Shown one piece after another: positions 37,956-49,364 of a DNA stretch of 64,000 nucleotides. This DNA comes from Malacoraja senta (Eukaryota): NCBI GenBank assembly GCA_038087875.1, contig CM075989.1:18478001-18542000 (forward strand), in the 5' to 3' direction. The notes beneath the pieces are model-generated. The model worked only from the letters and a program-made list of their open reading frames with translations, ran no database searches and was not told where the DNA came from. A program made the translations under genes and the position numbers. Position 1 is the stretch's first letter; each line of letters opens with the position of its first letter.

Positions 37956-38516
37956 AATAATAATAATAATAATAATAATACATTTTATTTATATAGCGCT
38001 TTTCAAGGACTCAAAGTCGCTTTACATTGAGAGTCAAGAATAAACAAAATAGAGCAGTAAGACAGAGATGCAAAGGGGAGGGGGACATGGGACTAAGGGT
38101 ATGCAGAGGTGAAGAGATGGGTCTTGAGGCGGGACTGGAGGATGGTGAGGGACTCAGAATTTCAAATCAATTGTGGGAGGGAATTCCAGAGCCTGGGAGC
38201 TGCCCTGGAGAAGGCTCTGTTTCCAAAAGTGCAGAGGTTGGATTTCGGAATGGAGAGGAGACCGGCTGATGTGGATCTGAGGGACCGTGAGGGTTGGTAG
38301 GGGGAGAGGAGGTCAGTGAGATAAGGGGGGGCCAAGTGGTTGAGGGCTTTGTAGGTGAGGACCAGGATTTTGTAGATGATCCGGTGGGAAATGGGAAGCC
38401 AGTGAAGTTCTTTGAGAACTGGGGTGATGTGGTGCCAGGATTTGGTGTGGGTAATGAGTCGGGCGGCTACATTCTGGACCAGTTGGAGTCGGTTGATGTT
38501 GCTGGAATTGATGCCA
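37956..38516 (-). mobile_element. L2-clade LINE 3' fragment nested in a CR1 fragment
   Basis: RLQLVQNVAARLITHTKSWHHITPVLKELHWLPISHRIIYKILVLTYKALNHLAPPYLTDLL; tail AAAAGCGCTATATAAATAAAATG(TAT)n; TSD AATGAT at 37950-37955 and 38517-38522. Confidence 0.92.
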
Positions 38517-39147
38517 AATGATGCCTGGAATAGAGGGTTTTTTTCTATAGGGAGAGGTTGGAAAGACATGGATTGCTTTCTCCGGAACGCCGGAGGTTGC
38601 GGGGAGACCACTAGACTTTAGACTTTAGAGGTGCAGTGCGGAAACAGCTGTCACCTTCACACTAACACTATCCTGCATGCGGGAAACTATTTACAATCTT
38701 ACCAAAGCCAATTAACCTAAAAATAGCACGTCTTGGGAGTGTGGGAGGAAACCTGGAGTAAACCTGGAGTAAAACCAACATGGTCACAGGGAGAAACTCC
38801 ATACAGGCAACACCCGTAGTTAGGATCGAACCTGACACTGTAAGGCAGCAACTCTACTGCTGCGCCACTGGGCCGCCAAACCTGCTAGAAGTATATAAAA
38901 TGATCAAAGGCAGAGATAGGGTAGACAATTAGACAGGATGGAACAATCAATTACCAGAGTACATTTAAGGTATAAGGTGCTTTAAGGTGAGATGTGTGGG
39001 GTAAGGTGTTTACACAGAGGGTGGTGAGAGCCTTATTGTGTTATCCAGAGTGGTGGTTGAAGCAGACAGGATACTGGCATTTGAGAGAGTTTTCAACAGA
39101 CACATGTATATGCAGGGAATGGATTATGTGCAGACTAGCAACAGTTA

Positions 39148-39432
39148 GGGCGGCACGGTGGCGCGTTGCTGCCATTACAACGCCAGCGACCTGGGTTCGA
39201 TCCCGACTGCGGGTGGTATCTGTACGGAGTTTGTACATTCTCCCCCTGACCTCTGAGATCTTCGGTTTCCTCCCACTCTCCAAAGACATATGGGTTTGTA
39301 GGTTAATTGGCTTGGTATGAATGTAAAATTGTCCCTAGTGTGTGTCAGGTAGTGTTAACGTGCAAGGATCGCTGGCCGGTGCGGACTTGGTGGGCTGAAC
39401 GGACCTTTTCTCCATTTTATCTCTAAACTAAA
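39148..39432 (+). mobile_element. HE1-type SINE
   Basis: Head, B-box and tail. Confidence 0.82.
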
Positions 39433-39767
39433 GTAATGTTGGTCTTGACATAGTGGTCCAAAGGACAAGTTCTCGTGCTGTACTGCACTAGGTTCTCTGT
39501 TCTAGTGTGAGTGAGTTGGGAGGTTGATAGAAGGCTGTGGGGTGACCTTATTTTGAGGTGCTACGTAACGAGGGGCATGGATAAAGTGAACGCTCACAGT
39601 ATCTTTCCCAGGGGTGTGGATTATAAAACTAGATGGTGTGGGCCTAAGGAGAGAGGGGAGAGACTTAAGAGAAACCCCAGGGTTCTCACTCAAAGGGTTG
39701 TCCATATCTGCAATGAGCTGCCAGAGGAAGCTATAGAAGCAGATACAATTAACACTTTTAAAGGACA

Positions 39768-39837
39768 CTAGACCAAGTGCAGGCCCGTTGGGTCTGTTCC
39801 CCCAACGTGCAGTTGCGGGGGGGGGGGGGGGGGGAGG
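39768..39837 (-). mobile_element. 70-bp Helitron 3'-terminus fragment flanked by a 15-bp duplication
   Basis: Reverse complement ends CAGACCCAACGGGCCTGCACTTGGTCTAG (compare GGGACCCAACGGGTCCCACTTAGTCTAG at 51773-51800); CACTTTTAAAGGACA at 39753-39767 and 39838-39852. Confidence 0.75.
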
Positions 39838-40834
39838 CACTTTTAAAGGACATTAGGACAGATATACAGATACGTTTTTAGAGTGCTATGGGCCAAATGG
39901 GACTAGCCCAATATGCCTACTTGTAGCGCATCCCCCATCTGGGAGGCGCTACAGGTCTCTCCGTTGCCGGACCAGCAGGTTCAGGAACAGCTTCTTCCCT
40001 GCGGTTATAACCCTACTTAACTCTGCACCTTGGTGATTGCCAGTCATCCCCCCCCTTCGGACACTCCTTCCCCCAGTGACTGATCTCTCCCCCCCCCCAA
40101 ACTACACAATGACAATAAAGTTTGAATCTGAATCTGAATCTTTGAATCGGACAGCATGGACAAGATGGCCAAAGGGCCTGTTTCCGTGCTGTACAACTCA
40201 ATGCCTCTATGACCCACCCAATCCATTGTTGACAGTGAATTACATTGATATCTGACGTATAGGCTACTTTAATATTCCATTAAACAATCATTTAGCAGTT
40301 CATTTTCTATAAATCCATCCGCAGAACACCCACACCTTTAATCTCTAGCTGATGGTTTAATAAGGTGGGACTTTTCAGCAACCTTTAAAGCATGAATTTT
40401 GATGGGGTACAATGCATAATTATTTTTCTATGATTCGCATTTAATCGTGCAGAAGTTTTCACACATTAGAAAGTTAGAAGGTTTAATTTGAGATGTTCAG
40501 TTCCAAACTGCATGAACAAAAGATCAGAGAAGCACAAAGTTTTACTTGATGTGGTAATTGGGATTAGGTTCAGCCTTAAAGTATCAAATTAATATGGTTG
40601 AACACTGAAAACGGGGATATTCAGTCTCAAAATGGTGCAACTAAATAATTCAACAAAGTGGCTCAGTAATTTATGAGCATGAGTGGCAGTTTTAATTTCA
40701 CTCTTCATCTGCTTGCGTTTAGACAGAGACAGAGCTGAACTTTAGATTTTTCAAGACATGTACGGATATACATTCAGCAGGTTGGGCGAGAGAAAAATAG
40801 TCAACATTACAGGCTGATCACCTATCATTAGAAC

Positions 40835-41165
40835 TTGAGTTTAGTTTGAGTTTAGTTTATCGTCACGTGTACCGGGGGACAGTGAAAAGCTTTTGTTGCG
40901 TGCTATCCAGCCAGTGGAAAGACAATACATGATTACAATCGAGCCATCCACAGTGTACAGATACATGATAAAGGGAATAACTTGTATAATGTTTAGTGCA
41001 GGATGAAGCCAGTAAAGTCCGATCAGAGATAGTCCGAGGGTCTCCAATGAGGTAGATAATAGTTCAGGATTGCTCTCTAGTTGTGGTAGGATGGTTCAGT
41101 TGCCTGATAACAGCTGGGAAGAAACTGGCCCTGAATCTGGAGGTGTGCACTTTTCACACTTGGAA
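40835..41165 (-). mobile_element. Rex/Babar-like LINE 3' end
   Basis: Same family as 6262-6640. Confidence 0.7.
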
Positions 41166-42064
41166 ATGTTTAAAAAAATCAAATATGTTTTAAGTCATAG
41201 AGTCACAGTGCTATACCGCACAGAAACAGGCTCTTCAGCCCACTTTGTTCATGCCAACCAAGTTGGTATACAGGGCTATCCAATTTGCTTGCATTTGGCC
41301 CATATTCCTCTAAATCCTTCCGATCCATATATCTGCCCAAAATATGTTTTAACAGTTGTAATTGTATCCGCTTCTATAGCTTCCAATGGAAATTCCTTCC
41401 AGTTACGGGCCACCCTCTGAATGACAAAGTTGCCCCTGAGGTCTTTCTAAAATCTCTCCCATCTCCCTTAATCCAATGCCCTCTAGGATTTGAATCATCC
41501 AATCTGGGAAAAAGACACTGAGTGTTCACTTTCTCCATTCCCCTCATGATCTTGTACACCTCAATAAGATCAAGGGTTCCGACCTGAAGCATCACCTACG
41601 CCTTTTCTCCCGACGTGTTACCATACCCGCTGAGTTACTCCAGTACTCTGTGTCTATCTTCGGTATAAACCAGCATCTGCAGTTTCTTCCAATACATTCG
41701 CAATAAGGACATCTCTCATTGAAACACTCAACCAAATAAGTCCCAGCCGACCCAACCTCTCCTTCTCACTCAAGCCCGCAAACTCAGGGAACGCCCTAGT
41801 GAATCTCTTCTGCACCCTTTCCAACTTAATGCCATGTTTGCAGCAAAGGTAGAAATGTGCTGAGAACAGAAGGAATATCTGGGTGGAATGAGAAGCCAAC
41901 AGATATTCTTTGTCTAAATCAGAAAATGCTGGAAATACTTAGCAGGTCAGATTGATTATTAGTGAGGGGAGAAACAGAGGCAATATTTGCGGTCCAAGAC
42001 CTTTCCAGTGCGAAATGAAATGTGGTTTAAATTGTAGAGAGGGAGAAGGGCGATGAGAACAAAT

Positions 42065-42332
42065 GGTGCAGTGGTGCAGCGGTAGAGCTGCTGCATCAGG
42101 GATCCGGTTTCGATTCTGACCTCGGGTGCTGTCTGTGCGGAGTTTTCTCTGGGTGCTCTGCTTTCCTCCTACACTCCATAGAGGTGCAGCTTTGCAGGTT
42201 AATTTGGCTTCAGTAACAATTGTAAATTGTCCCTCGTGTGTAGGATAGTGCTTGTTTGCGGAGATCGCTGGGCGGTGTGGACTTGGTGGTTTCTGCACTG
42301 CATCTCTAAAGTAAACTAAACTAAACTAAACT
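42065..42332 (+). mobile_element. HE1-type SINE
   Basis: Consensus motifs and (ACTAA)n tail. Confidence 0.8.
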
Positions 42333-42887
42333 GTTGGAATATGCTATTCGAGCTCTTCCCTTCATTTATTTTTTACATTGATGACTATCGATATTGCTTC
42401 CTGCACTCACGTGGAACTCAGAAGTGCCATCACCTCTGCTGCCAATTCACACCCTGTCTCTCGTACTCAAGAGTGCAGCATCTGCAGTCTCGTGCATTGT
42501 TACATCTATATTTCCTGCTTCTATTGAAAGATCGACAGCCTGAATTGTTAGCTCTGATTTCCTCTCTCGGTGGACAGACAGCGAAGATTTACTTCAGGCT
42601 TGCGGGAAATAATCAACCCCATGTTTCTCTTCTTAAGACAATTACAACAATTGGTCAATTGATTGCTGCATCTGTCAAGTGACCTGGGCGCTGGGATTGC
42701 GTCACACGGTGGCTGCATGCCCGAAGATGGCTCTGCAGGAGAAACATGCCAGCTTGTTGTTGTGTCAATGCTGTGTGGTTTCTCTCCACTCATTTCAATT
42801 AGCAACTTTGAGTCTAGGTGGTTCTAATAGACCGCTTTATTTATTCATGCACGTCATCCTAAATATTCATCTGGTGGCACAGCGGTA

Positions 42888-43351
42888 AGGGCCTGTCCCA
42901 CTTACGCGACTTTGGCTCGCAAATTACGCGACCTCGTGGTCGCTTGAGGCGTATGGGCACCGTATGGCCGTGCGGGGCCGGTCCCACTTAGAAGCGCGGA
43001 GTTGTGCGGGGCTGGTCCCGACATCGCGCGGGGCTCCAAAATTCTTGCAGTGGCCGAAATCTTTGCGCGCCAACGGCCTATCGGCACGCAGGCGCATTGC
43101 GGTCGTACGCAGCGTCTTGATGGCGTACGCCTAGCGCGTGGCGTTGCACGATGACGTCACCGCCCGGCGTGATGTTGCGTGATGACGTCACCGCCCGACG
43201 CCCAAATTCAGTCGGCCCGCCTCCTCCTCAGCTGATTGGTAAGCATGACGCAAATGACATCACGCGTGTACTTAGCGCGAACTTCGCGTGAACTCCGCTT
43301 CCGTTTGGTCGCGCCAAACGCACGCAATCGCATACAAGTGGGACAGGCCCT
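42888..43351. mobile_element. PIF/Harbinger-type MITE inserted in an HE1 SINE head (SINE 42872-43640), GTA TSD
   Basis: GTA|AGGGCCTGTCCCACTT...AAGTGGGACAGGCCCT|GTA. Removing it restores GGTGGCACAGCGGTAGTGTTGC. Confidence 0.92.
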
Positions 43352-44023
43352 GTAGTGTTGCTTCCTTACAGGCCAGAGACCCAAGTTCAATGCTGACTAC
43401 GGGTGTTGTCTGTACGGAGCATGTACGTTCTCCCCATGACCTGCGTGGGTTTTCTATAAGATTTTCCATTTCCTCCCACACTACAAACACGTGCAGGTTT
43501 GTAGGCTGATCGGCTTGGTTTAAATTTAAATTGTCCCTCGTGTGTGTGTAGGATAGCGTGACTGTGCGGGGATCGCTGGTCGGTGCAGACTCGGTGGGTC
43601 GAAGGGCCTGTTTCCACGCTGTATCTCTAAACTAAACTACACGGTCAAAGATAATTAACTTTATTATACTCTGCCACACTAAAGAGCTTCCACAGTGCTA
43701 TTGGGCATAAAAGTCCACTTGAAAAACACTGAGTACTCCATCATAACACCTATAAAGGCAAACCACTGCCTTGCATTTCACATCTTTAATGCAAGGTGTC
43801 TCCTGTCAGTGATTGAGTTACTGGTGAAAGTGCAGGTTGAAAATAACAGGCAGGATCCTGGTCTTGGAGTCCTCCTTGCAATCCATCACATCGGTGCTTT
43901 GAATCCTTTTGTAATCAATTATTGCAATAATATATACAATACAATACAATACCAAACAAACCCACCACCATAATACAAAATCACCTAATTATCTAAACAA
44001 ATATTCTTATGTACTATTCTTAT

Positions 44024-44077
44024 GGGGTGGAAGATTGCAACCTTCACGTGGTCCACCCTGTTTCGACTAATGCAATC
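44024..44077 (+). ncRNA. Minimal HDV-like (CPEB3-type) self-cleaving ribozyme
   Basis: P1 GGGGUGG(44024-30)/CCACCCU(44053-59) with G1-U wobble; P2 GAUUGCA(44033-39)/UGCAAUC(44071-77); P3 ACC/GGU; L3 UUCACGU; GU after P1; P4 reduced to UUCGA; J4/2 CUAA with putative catalytic C44067. Confidence 0.85.
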
Positions 44078-44164
44078 AACTCGACATGCACAAACGGAAG
44101 ATCAAATAGAACAAGTTGTCCAACAACTTTAGGCTGTGCACGCCATACGCAAGAAGAAGAAGAA
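44024..44164 (+). mobile_element. HDV-ribozyme-headed short retroposon, copy 2 (possibly Ingi/Vingi-derived)
   Basis: Ends GCCATACGCAAGAAGAAGAAGAA; TATTCTTAT at 44015-44023 and 44170-44178; starts exactly at ribozyme G1. Confidence 0.82.
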
Positions 44165-44834
44165 TATATTATTCTTATATGCTTATAACTAAATACACTA
44201 TTATACAACTATATTACAATCCTTGTCAAGGATACATTCCACCCCTTGCGATGCCCAGCGTTCCCGGAAATCCCTCAGGGCGCCCGTGGACAGCGCGTTC
44301 TGCGTCCTTTTGCAGACCATCCAAAGGCAGATCTGTCGACGGGTTTACTAATGGGCTGGTGGGTGGAAGAGCTAATTAAGGATTCGTTGAAGGGAGCAGA
44401 GCAGGAGGTGAAGTGAGTCGAAAGCCCTGGTAATAAAACAGAAATATGAATCTCGTTACGGGGTGAAATTAGTAACCGTCTGACTTTCATGGCTGACGAC
44501 AAAAAGATCCGGAGAAAAGAAACAGTGGGGAATGTAAAAAGCCCAGTGTCGATCAACACCTCGACATGGAGCTTTACAGTTAAATCCTGACGGGGAGAAT
44601 GTTTCCAAACGACACTAAAGGAGGTTCACCAAGAGTGGTGGCTTTTCACACGAAGAACTTCGCATTTCATGTTCTCGCTGTTTGTCCAGGTGGAATTGTG
44701 GTGTAGATCAACTTGGCCACTTCTCCCCACTCAGTAAGTAAGGCTTTCCAGCTGCACCTTTAAACAAATGGTGCACCATCAAAATCAGTAGTTGAACTGA
44801 GTTTGACAGAGTTTTTTTTTTAACAGAGGCGACC

Positions 44835-45375
44835 AAGAGGATTGATGAGGGCAGGGTAGTAGATGTTGTCTACATGGACTTCAGCAAGTTGGGCTGTCAT
44901 GTGACAACTGTACAAGAGGTTGGTGAGACTTCACCTGGATTATTGCATGCAGTTCTGGCTAACAGGCTGTAGGAAGGATGTGATTAAGCTAGAGAGAGTG
45001 CAAAAAGTTTCACAAGAATGCTGTCAGGGCTGGAGTGTTGGAGCTGTATGGAGAAACTGGATATCTGGGCTGAATCCCCTAGAGCAGAGGAGGCTGAGGG
45101 GTGACCTGATAGAGGTTTATAAAACCACAAGGAGCATGGAGAAGATGGATTGTCAAAGTCTTTATCCCAGGGCAGAGAGTCTAAAACTGGAGGCCATTGG
45201 TTTAATGTGGGAGGGAAAAGATTTAAAGGGGACCTGAGGGAGAATGTTTTCACACAGAGGGTGGTGGGTATATGGAACAAGCTGCCAGAGGAAGTGGTAG
45301 AGGCGGATACAATTACAATGTTCACAATACACTTGGACAGGCACATTGATGGGAAAGTTTTACAGGGAAATGAGC
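44835..45375 (+). mobile_element. Diverged CR1 fragment
   Basis: VDVVYMDFSK; LVRLHLDYCMQFW..RLRGDLIEVYK; FTQRVVGIWNKLPEEVVEA. Confidence 0.85.
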
Positions 45376-45567
45376 CTTTGTAACTTGCTTTAGCCTCTGC
45401 ACACTCATCCAGTCCCAGATCCACTCTTAGGGAGAGATTAGAGACTTCAGCTTGTTGAAGGAAAAGGTCATGGCTCATGATGTTTACTGTTATATGACAG
45501 GGCCACATGGCACACAGTTTGGTTGTCTGATCTTGCCCCAACCCCTTCCCTTCACCTCTCTCTTCAG

Positions 45568-45860
45568 GGTGCCACAGTGGTGCAGCGGTAGAGTTGCTGC
45601 CTCACAGCGCCAGTGACCCGGGTTGGATCCTGACTCCGGGACTTTGTGCGTTCTCCCTGTGACCGCGTGGGTTTTCCCCAGGTGCTCCAGTTTCCACCCA
45701 CACTCCAAAGACGTGAGGGTTTGTAAGTTAATTGGCATTGGTAAAACTGTAAATTGTCCTTAGTCTGTCGGGTAGTGCTAGTGTGTGGGGATCGCTGGTC
45801 GGTGCGGACTCAGTGGGCCGAAGGGCCTGTTTCTGCGCTGCATCTCTAAAGGCTAAAGTC
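45568..45860 (+). mobile_element. HE1-type SINE
   Basis: Consensus head, core and tail. Confidence 0.85.
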
Positions 45861-47230
45861 TCACGCCCCATTCAGCTCTCTCTACCAGCTATATCCCTTC
45901 TACTCCACCAGTCTGAAGAAAGGTCCCGACCCAAAACGTCATCTGTCCATTTCCCTTCACAGATGCTGCCTGACCATTTGGCACTCAGACACCTTGGATT
46001 CTTTCCCACTCGCATCCCCAACAGCTGGCGTTCATAAAAACAGCAACCTCATTATTTTCAATGGACCAAGGTTAAAAACTGAGCATGTTGAGCAACTTAT
46101 AAATGTGAAATATCAGCCTGCCATTTCGCAGTGTGATTTTTGATGTGATTAGATTCGAGGTTGTAGACAATGTACATGCAATCCGTGACTATTACACAAA
46201 GCCCCAGAGAACAGAACAGACAACCAAGGATCTCGAGAACTCCAGTCTCGTTTGCCATAGCAGCTTTATCTACAGTGAAGAACATTGCCTCTGGCAGTCC
46301 AGGCTGCCTATATTATTAACTTCGATGGGAACCCGGAGTGTTGACAAGAGCAGTAATGCACGGGCAAGGCTTACTGCAGAGGTGTACAGTTTAGCTGACG
46401 GAGAAATGGGTGACAAAAGGTCAGTTTCATGGATCATTGCTATTCATGTTTGCTTAGTAATCCAACAAGCAAGAAGATATTTCCACAGAGATCAGCTGAA
46501 TAGGAGAGGCTTTAAAATTAATATTGTATTATAAGGTTACGAGGAATATGAAATTGGAAGGTTCCAAACGTGCGTTGAACTACTGGCTCAGGAAATGAAA
46601 TACGTCTGTATCAGGAACAAGATCAGTTGAGCTGCTATTGTGGGATTTAATGGAGGGCCAACAGAACGTGGAACAGAACAGCACAACCACAGGTCCTTTG
46701 GCCAACAATGTCTGTGGCGAACATGAGGCCAAGTTAAACTCATTTCCTCTGCCTGACATGTGGTCCACATCCCTCCATTACCTGAATGTCCACACACCCA
46801 TCTAAAATCTCCTTAAACCGCACTACGGTATCTGTCTCACCACCACCCTTGGCAATGCGATAAAGGCACCCACAACCATCTGTGTAAAAAACGTTGCCCC
46901 GCACATCTCCTTTAAACTTTGCCCCTCTCACCTTTAAACTATGCCCTCTAGTCTTTGACATTTCCACCCTGGGAAAAATTTCTGACGTTGGGTATTCTAT
47001 GCCCATCGCCATAAAATTTCTCAGGGACGTGACGAAGCTGAATACTCATTAAAGTCTTTTGGGCTTATTGGCCATCGATAAAAATTGAATATACAAATTT
47101 GTTTACCAGCCACTGCTGAAACATGAATGATCGGTGTAGAGGAGGATTCCTCAAGATTGTTCACAGACTCGCTGACAATAACCAGAGCACTGGAAGGGAT
47201 CCATCGATGTACAAGAGACACTATATTGGA

Positions 47231-47306
47231 TGCTCCATAGATGCTGAGTTTCTCCAGCATTTTTGACTACCTTCGATTTTCCAGCATCTGCAGTTCCTTC
47301 TTGAAG
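47231..47306 (+). mobile_element. Penelope pLTR mini-insertion, 11-bp TSD
   Basis: ACTATATTGGA at 47220-47230 and 47307-47317. Confidence 0.8.
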
Positions 47307-47814
47307 ACTATATTGGACATGTTTACAAGCAACAGTAAGTGACAGTAGAGAGAGGGGACTCTAAAGGAGACCCACCACCTGGACCCAACACTGAGTTTAG
47401 TTTAGAGATACAGCTTCGGATCACTGAGTCCTCGCCGACCAGCGATCACCCAGTCCTATCCTACACACTTGGGATCATTTACAGAAGCCAACTAACCTAC
47501 AATTGTGTACGTCTTTGGACTGTGAGAGGAAACTGGAGCACCCAGAGGAAACCTACGTGGTCACAGGGAGAACAAACTAGGTGTTTAAGAAGGAACTGCA
47601 GATGCTGGAAAATCGAAGGTAGACAAAAAATGCTGGAGAAACTCCAGCATTTTTTAGAACAAACTAGGGACAGTTTACAATGATACCAAGCCAATCACCC
47701 TACAAACCTGTACGACTTTGTAGTGTGGGAGGAAACCGGAGATCCCAGAGAAAACCCAGGTCACAGGGAGAACGTACAAACTCCGTACAGACAACCACCC
47801 GTAGTCAGGATCGT

Positions 47815-48435
47815 TCCTGCAAATTTGCTAATGTTACTTTTAATTCCTTCATCTGAATCATTAATGTATATTGTAAATAGCTGTGGTCCCAACACCGAGC
47901 CATGCGGTACCCCACCAGTCAATGTCTGCCATTCTGAAAGGTACTCGTTAATCCCTACTCTTTGTTTCCTGTCTGCCAACCAATTTTCTATCCATGTCAA
48001 TACCCTACCCCCAATACCATGTGCTCTAATTTTGCCCACTAATCTCCTGTGTGGGGCCTTATCGAAGGCTTTCTGAAAGTCCAGGTACATTACATCCATT
48101 GGCCCTCCTTTGTCCATTTTACTTGTTACACCCTCAAAAAATTCCAGAAGATTAGTCATGCATGATTTCCCCTTCGTAAATCCATGCTGACGAACCGATC
48201 CTGCTACTGCTATCCAAATGTGACTCTATTTCATCTTTAATAAACGACTTCAGCATCTTCTCCACCACCGATGTCAGGCTAACTGGTCTATAAATCCCTG
48301 CTTTCTCTCTCCCTCCTTTCTTAAAAAATTGGATAACCTCAGCTACCCTCCAATCCACAGGAACTGATCCAGAATCTATAGAACATTGGAAAATGATCAC
48401 CAATGTGTCCATGGTTTCTAGAGCCACCTCCTTAT
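47815..48435 (-). mobile_element. CR1 RT-domain fragment (inverted relative to the adjacent 3' piece)
   Basis: [52 protein letters not shown]. Confidence 0.93.
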
Positions 48436-48439
48436 ACCC

Positions 48440-48845
48440 GTATAGAAACATAAAATTCATAAGGGATTGGCCTGGCTAGAAGCAGGAAAAATGTTCCCCC
48501 TGTTGGGGGAGTCCAGAAACAGGGGTCACAGTTGAAGAATAAGGGTCAGGCCATTTAGGACTGAGATGAGGAAAGCCGTTGTCACCCAGAGAGTTGTGAA
48601 TCTGTGGAATTCTCTGCTACAGAAGGCAGTGGAGGGCAATTCACTGGATGTATACAAGGGAGAGTTTGATATCACTCTTCGGGCTAAGGGAATCAAGGGA
48701 TACGGGGAGAAAGCAGGAACAGGGTACGGATTCTGGATGATCAGTCATGAACATATTGAATGGCAGTGCTGGCTCGAAGAGCCGAATGGCTTCCTCCTGC
48801 ACCTATTGTCTATTGTTTATGTTTATTGTCTATCTTTCTATGTTT
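48440..48845 (+). mobile_element. CR1 3' fragment
   Basis: TQRVVNLWNSL..GIKGYGEKAG plus 3' UTR. Confidence 0.9.
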
Positions 48846-49270
48846 ATTCCTTGGCACTTCAAGTACTTCTCTAAATGGTTATTATATGCTGCTTCAGCTG
48901 CTAAAGTGCTCATTGCAAACACCGGCAATGCTGTAAAATTGCCTAAAGGCAGCCTGCAGCGGGGAGGATGCATTGTACATGGTATCAGTTAAATCTATAT
49001 CAGATGTTCACTTCCTGCTGAGGAGGGAGGCACATGATGATACTCACATTTGCGCCGTCAATATTTTACAAATGACCCCTTGTGTTTTGCAAGGCAACCT
49101 GATATGTTAAGCTCAAAGCCAAGTATGAGACATGATTAACAGCAGTCAAACATTGTGTCCTAACTCCTCTTCTGGCCCTTCTATCAACATATGAAGGACA
49201 CCCTTGCGGATTTTGAACTTTTCGGTCAGAAAGTAGCTGTGGGCGAGCAGTCCAGAAGTGTAAGTGTAAG

Positions 49271-49364
49271 AGTCTGAAGAAGGGTCTCGACCCGAAACGT
49301 CACCAATTCCTTCCCTCCAAAGATGCTGTCTGTCCCGCTGAGTTACTCAAGCATTTTGTGTCTC
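49271..49364 (+). mobile_element. Penelope pLTR mini-insertion with perfect hammerhead core (49274-49301), 13-bp TSD
   Basis: CTGAAGAAGGGTCTCGACCCGAAACGTC; CCAGAAGTGTAAG at 49252-49264 and 49365-49377. Confidence 0.85.

Noticed and set aside
44316..44412. Possible 97-nt exon (TCCTTTTGCAG acceptor, GTGAGT donor)
   Set aside because: The one open frame gives an unrecognisable peptide and no partner exons were found; RNA-seq would be needed.
46133..46534. 133-aa ORF in unique sequence
   Set aside because: Non-ATG start, no recognisable homology and no convincing splice sites.
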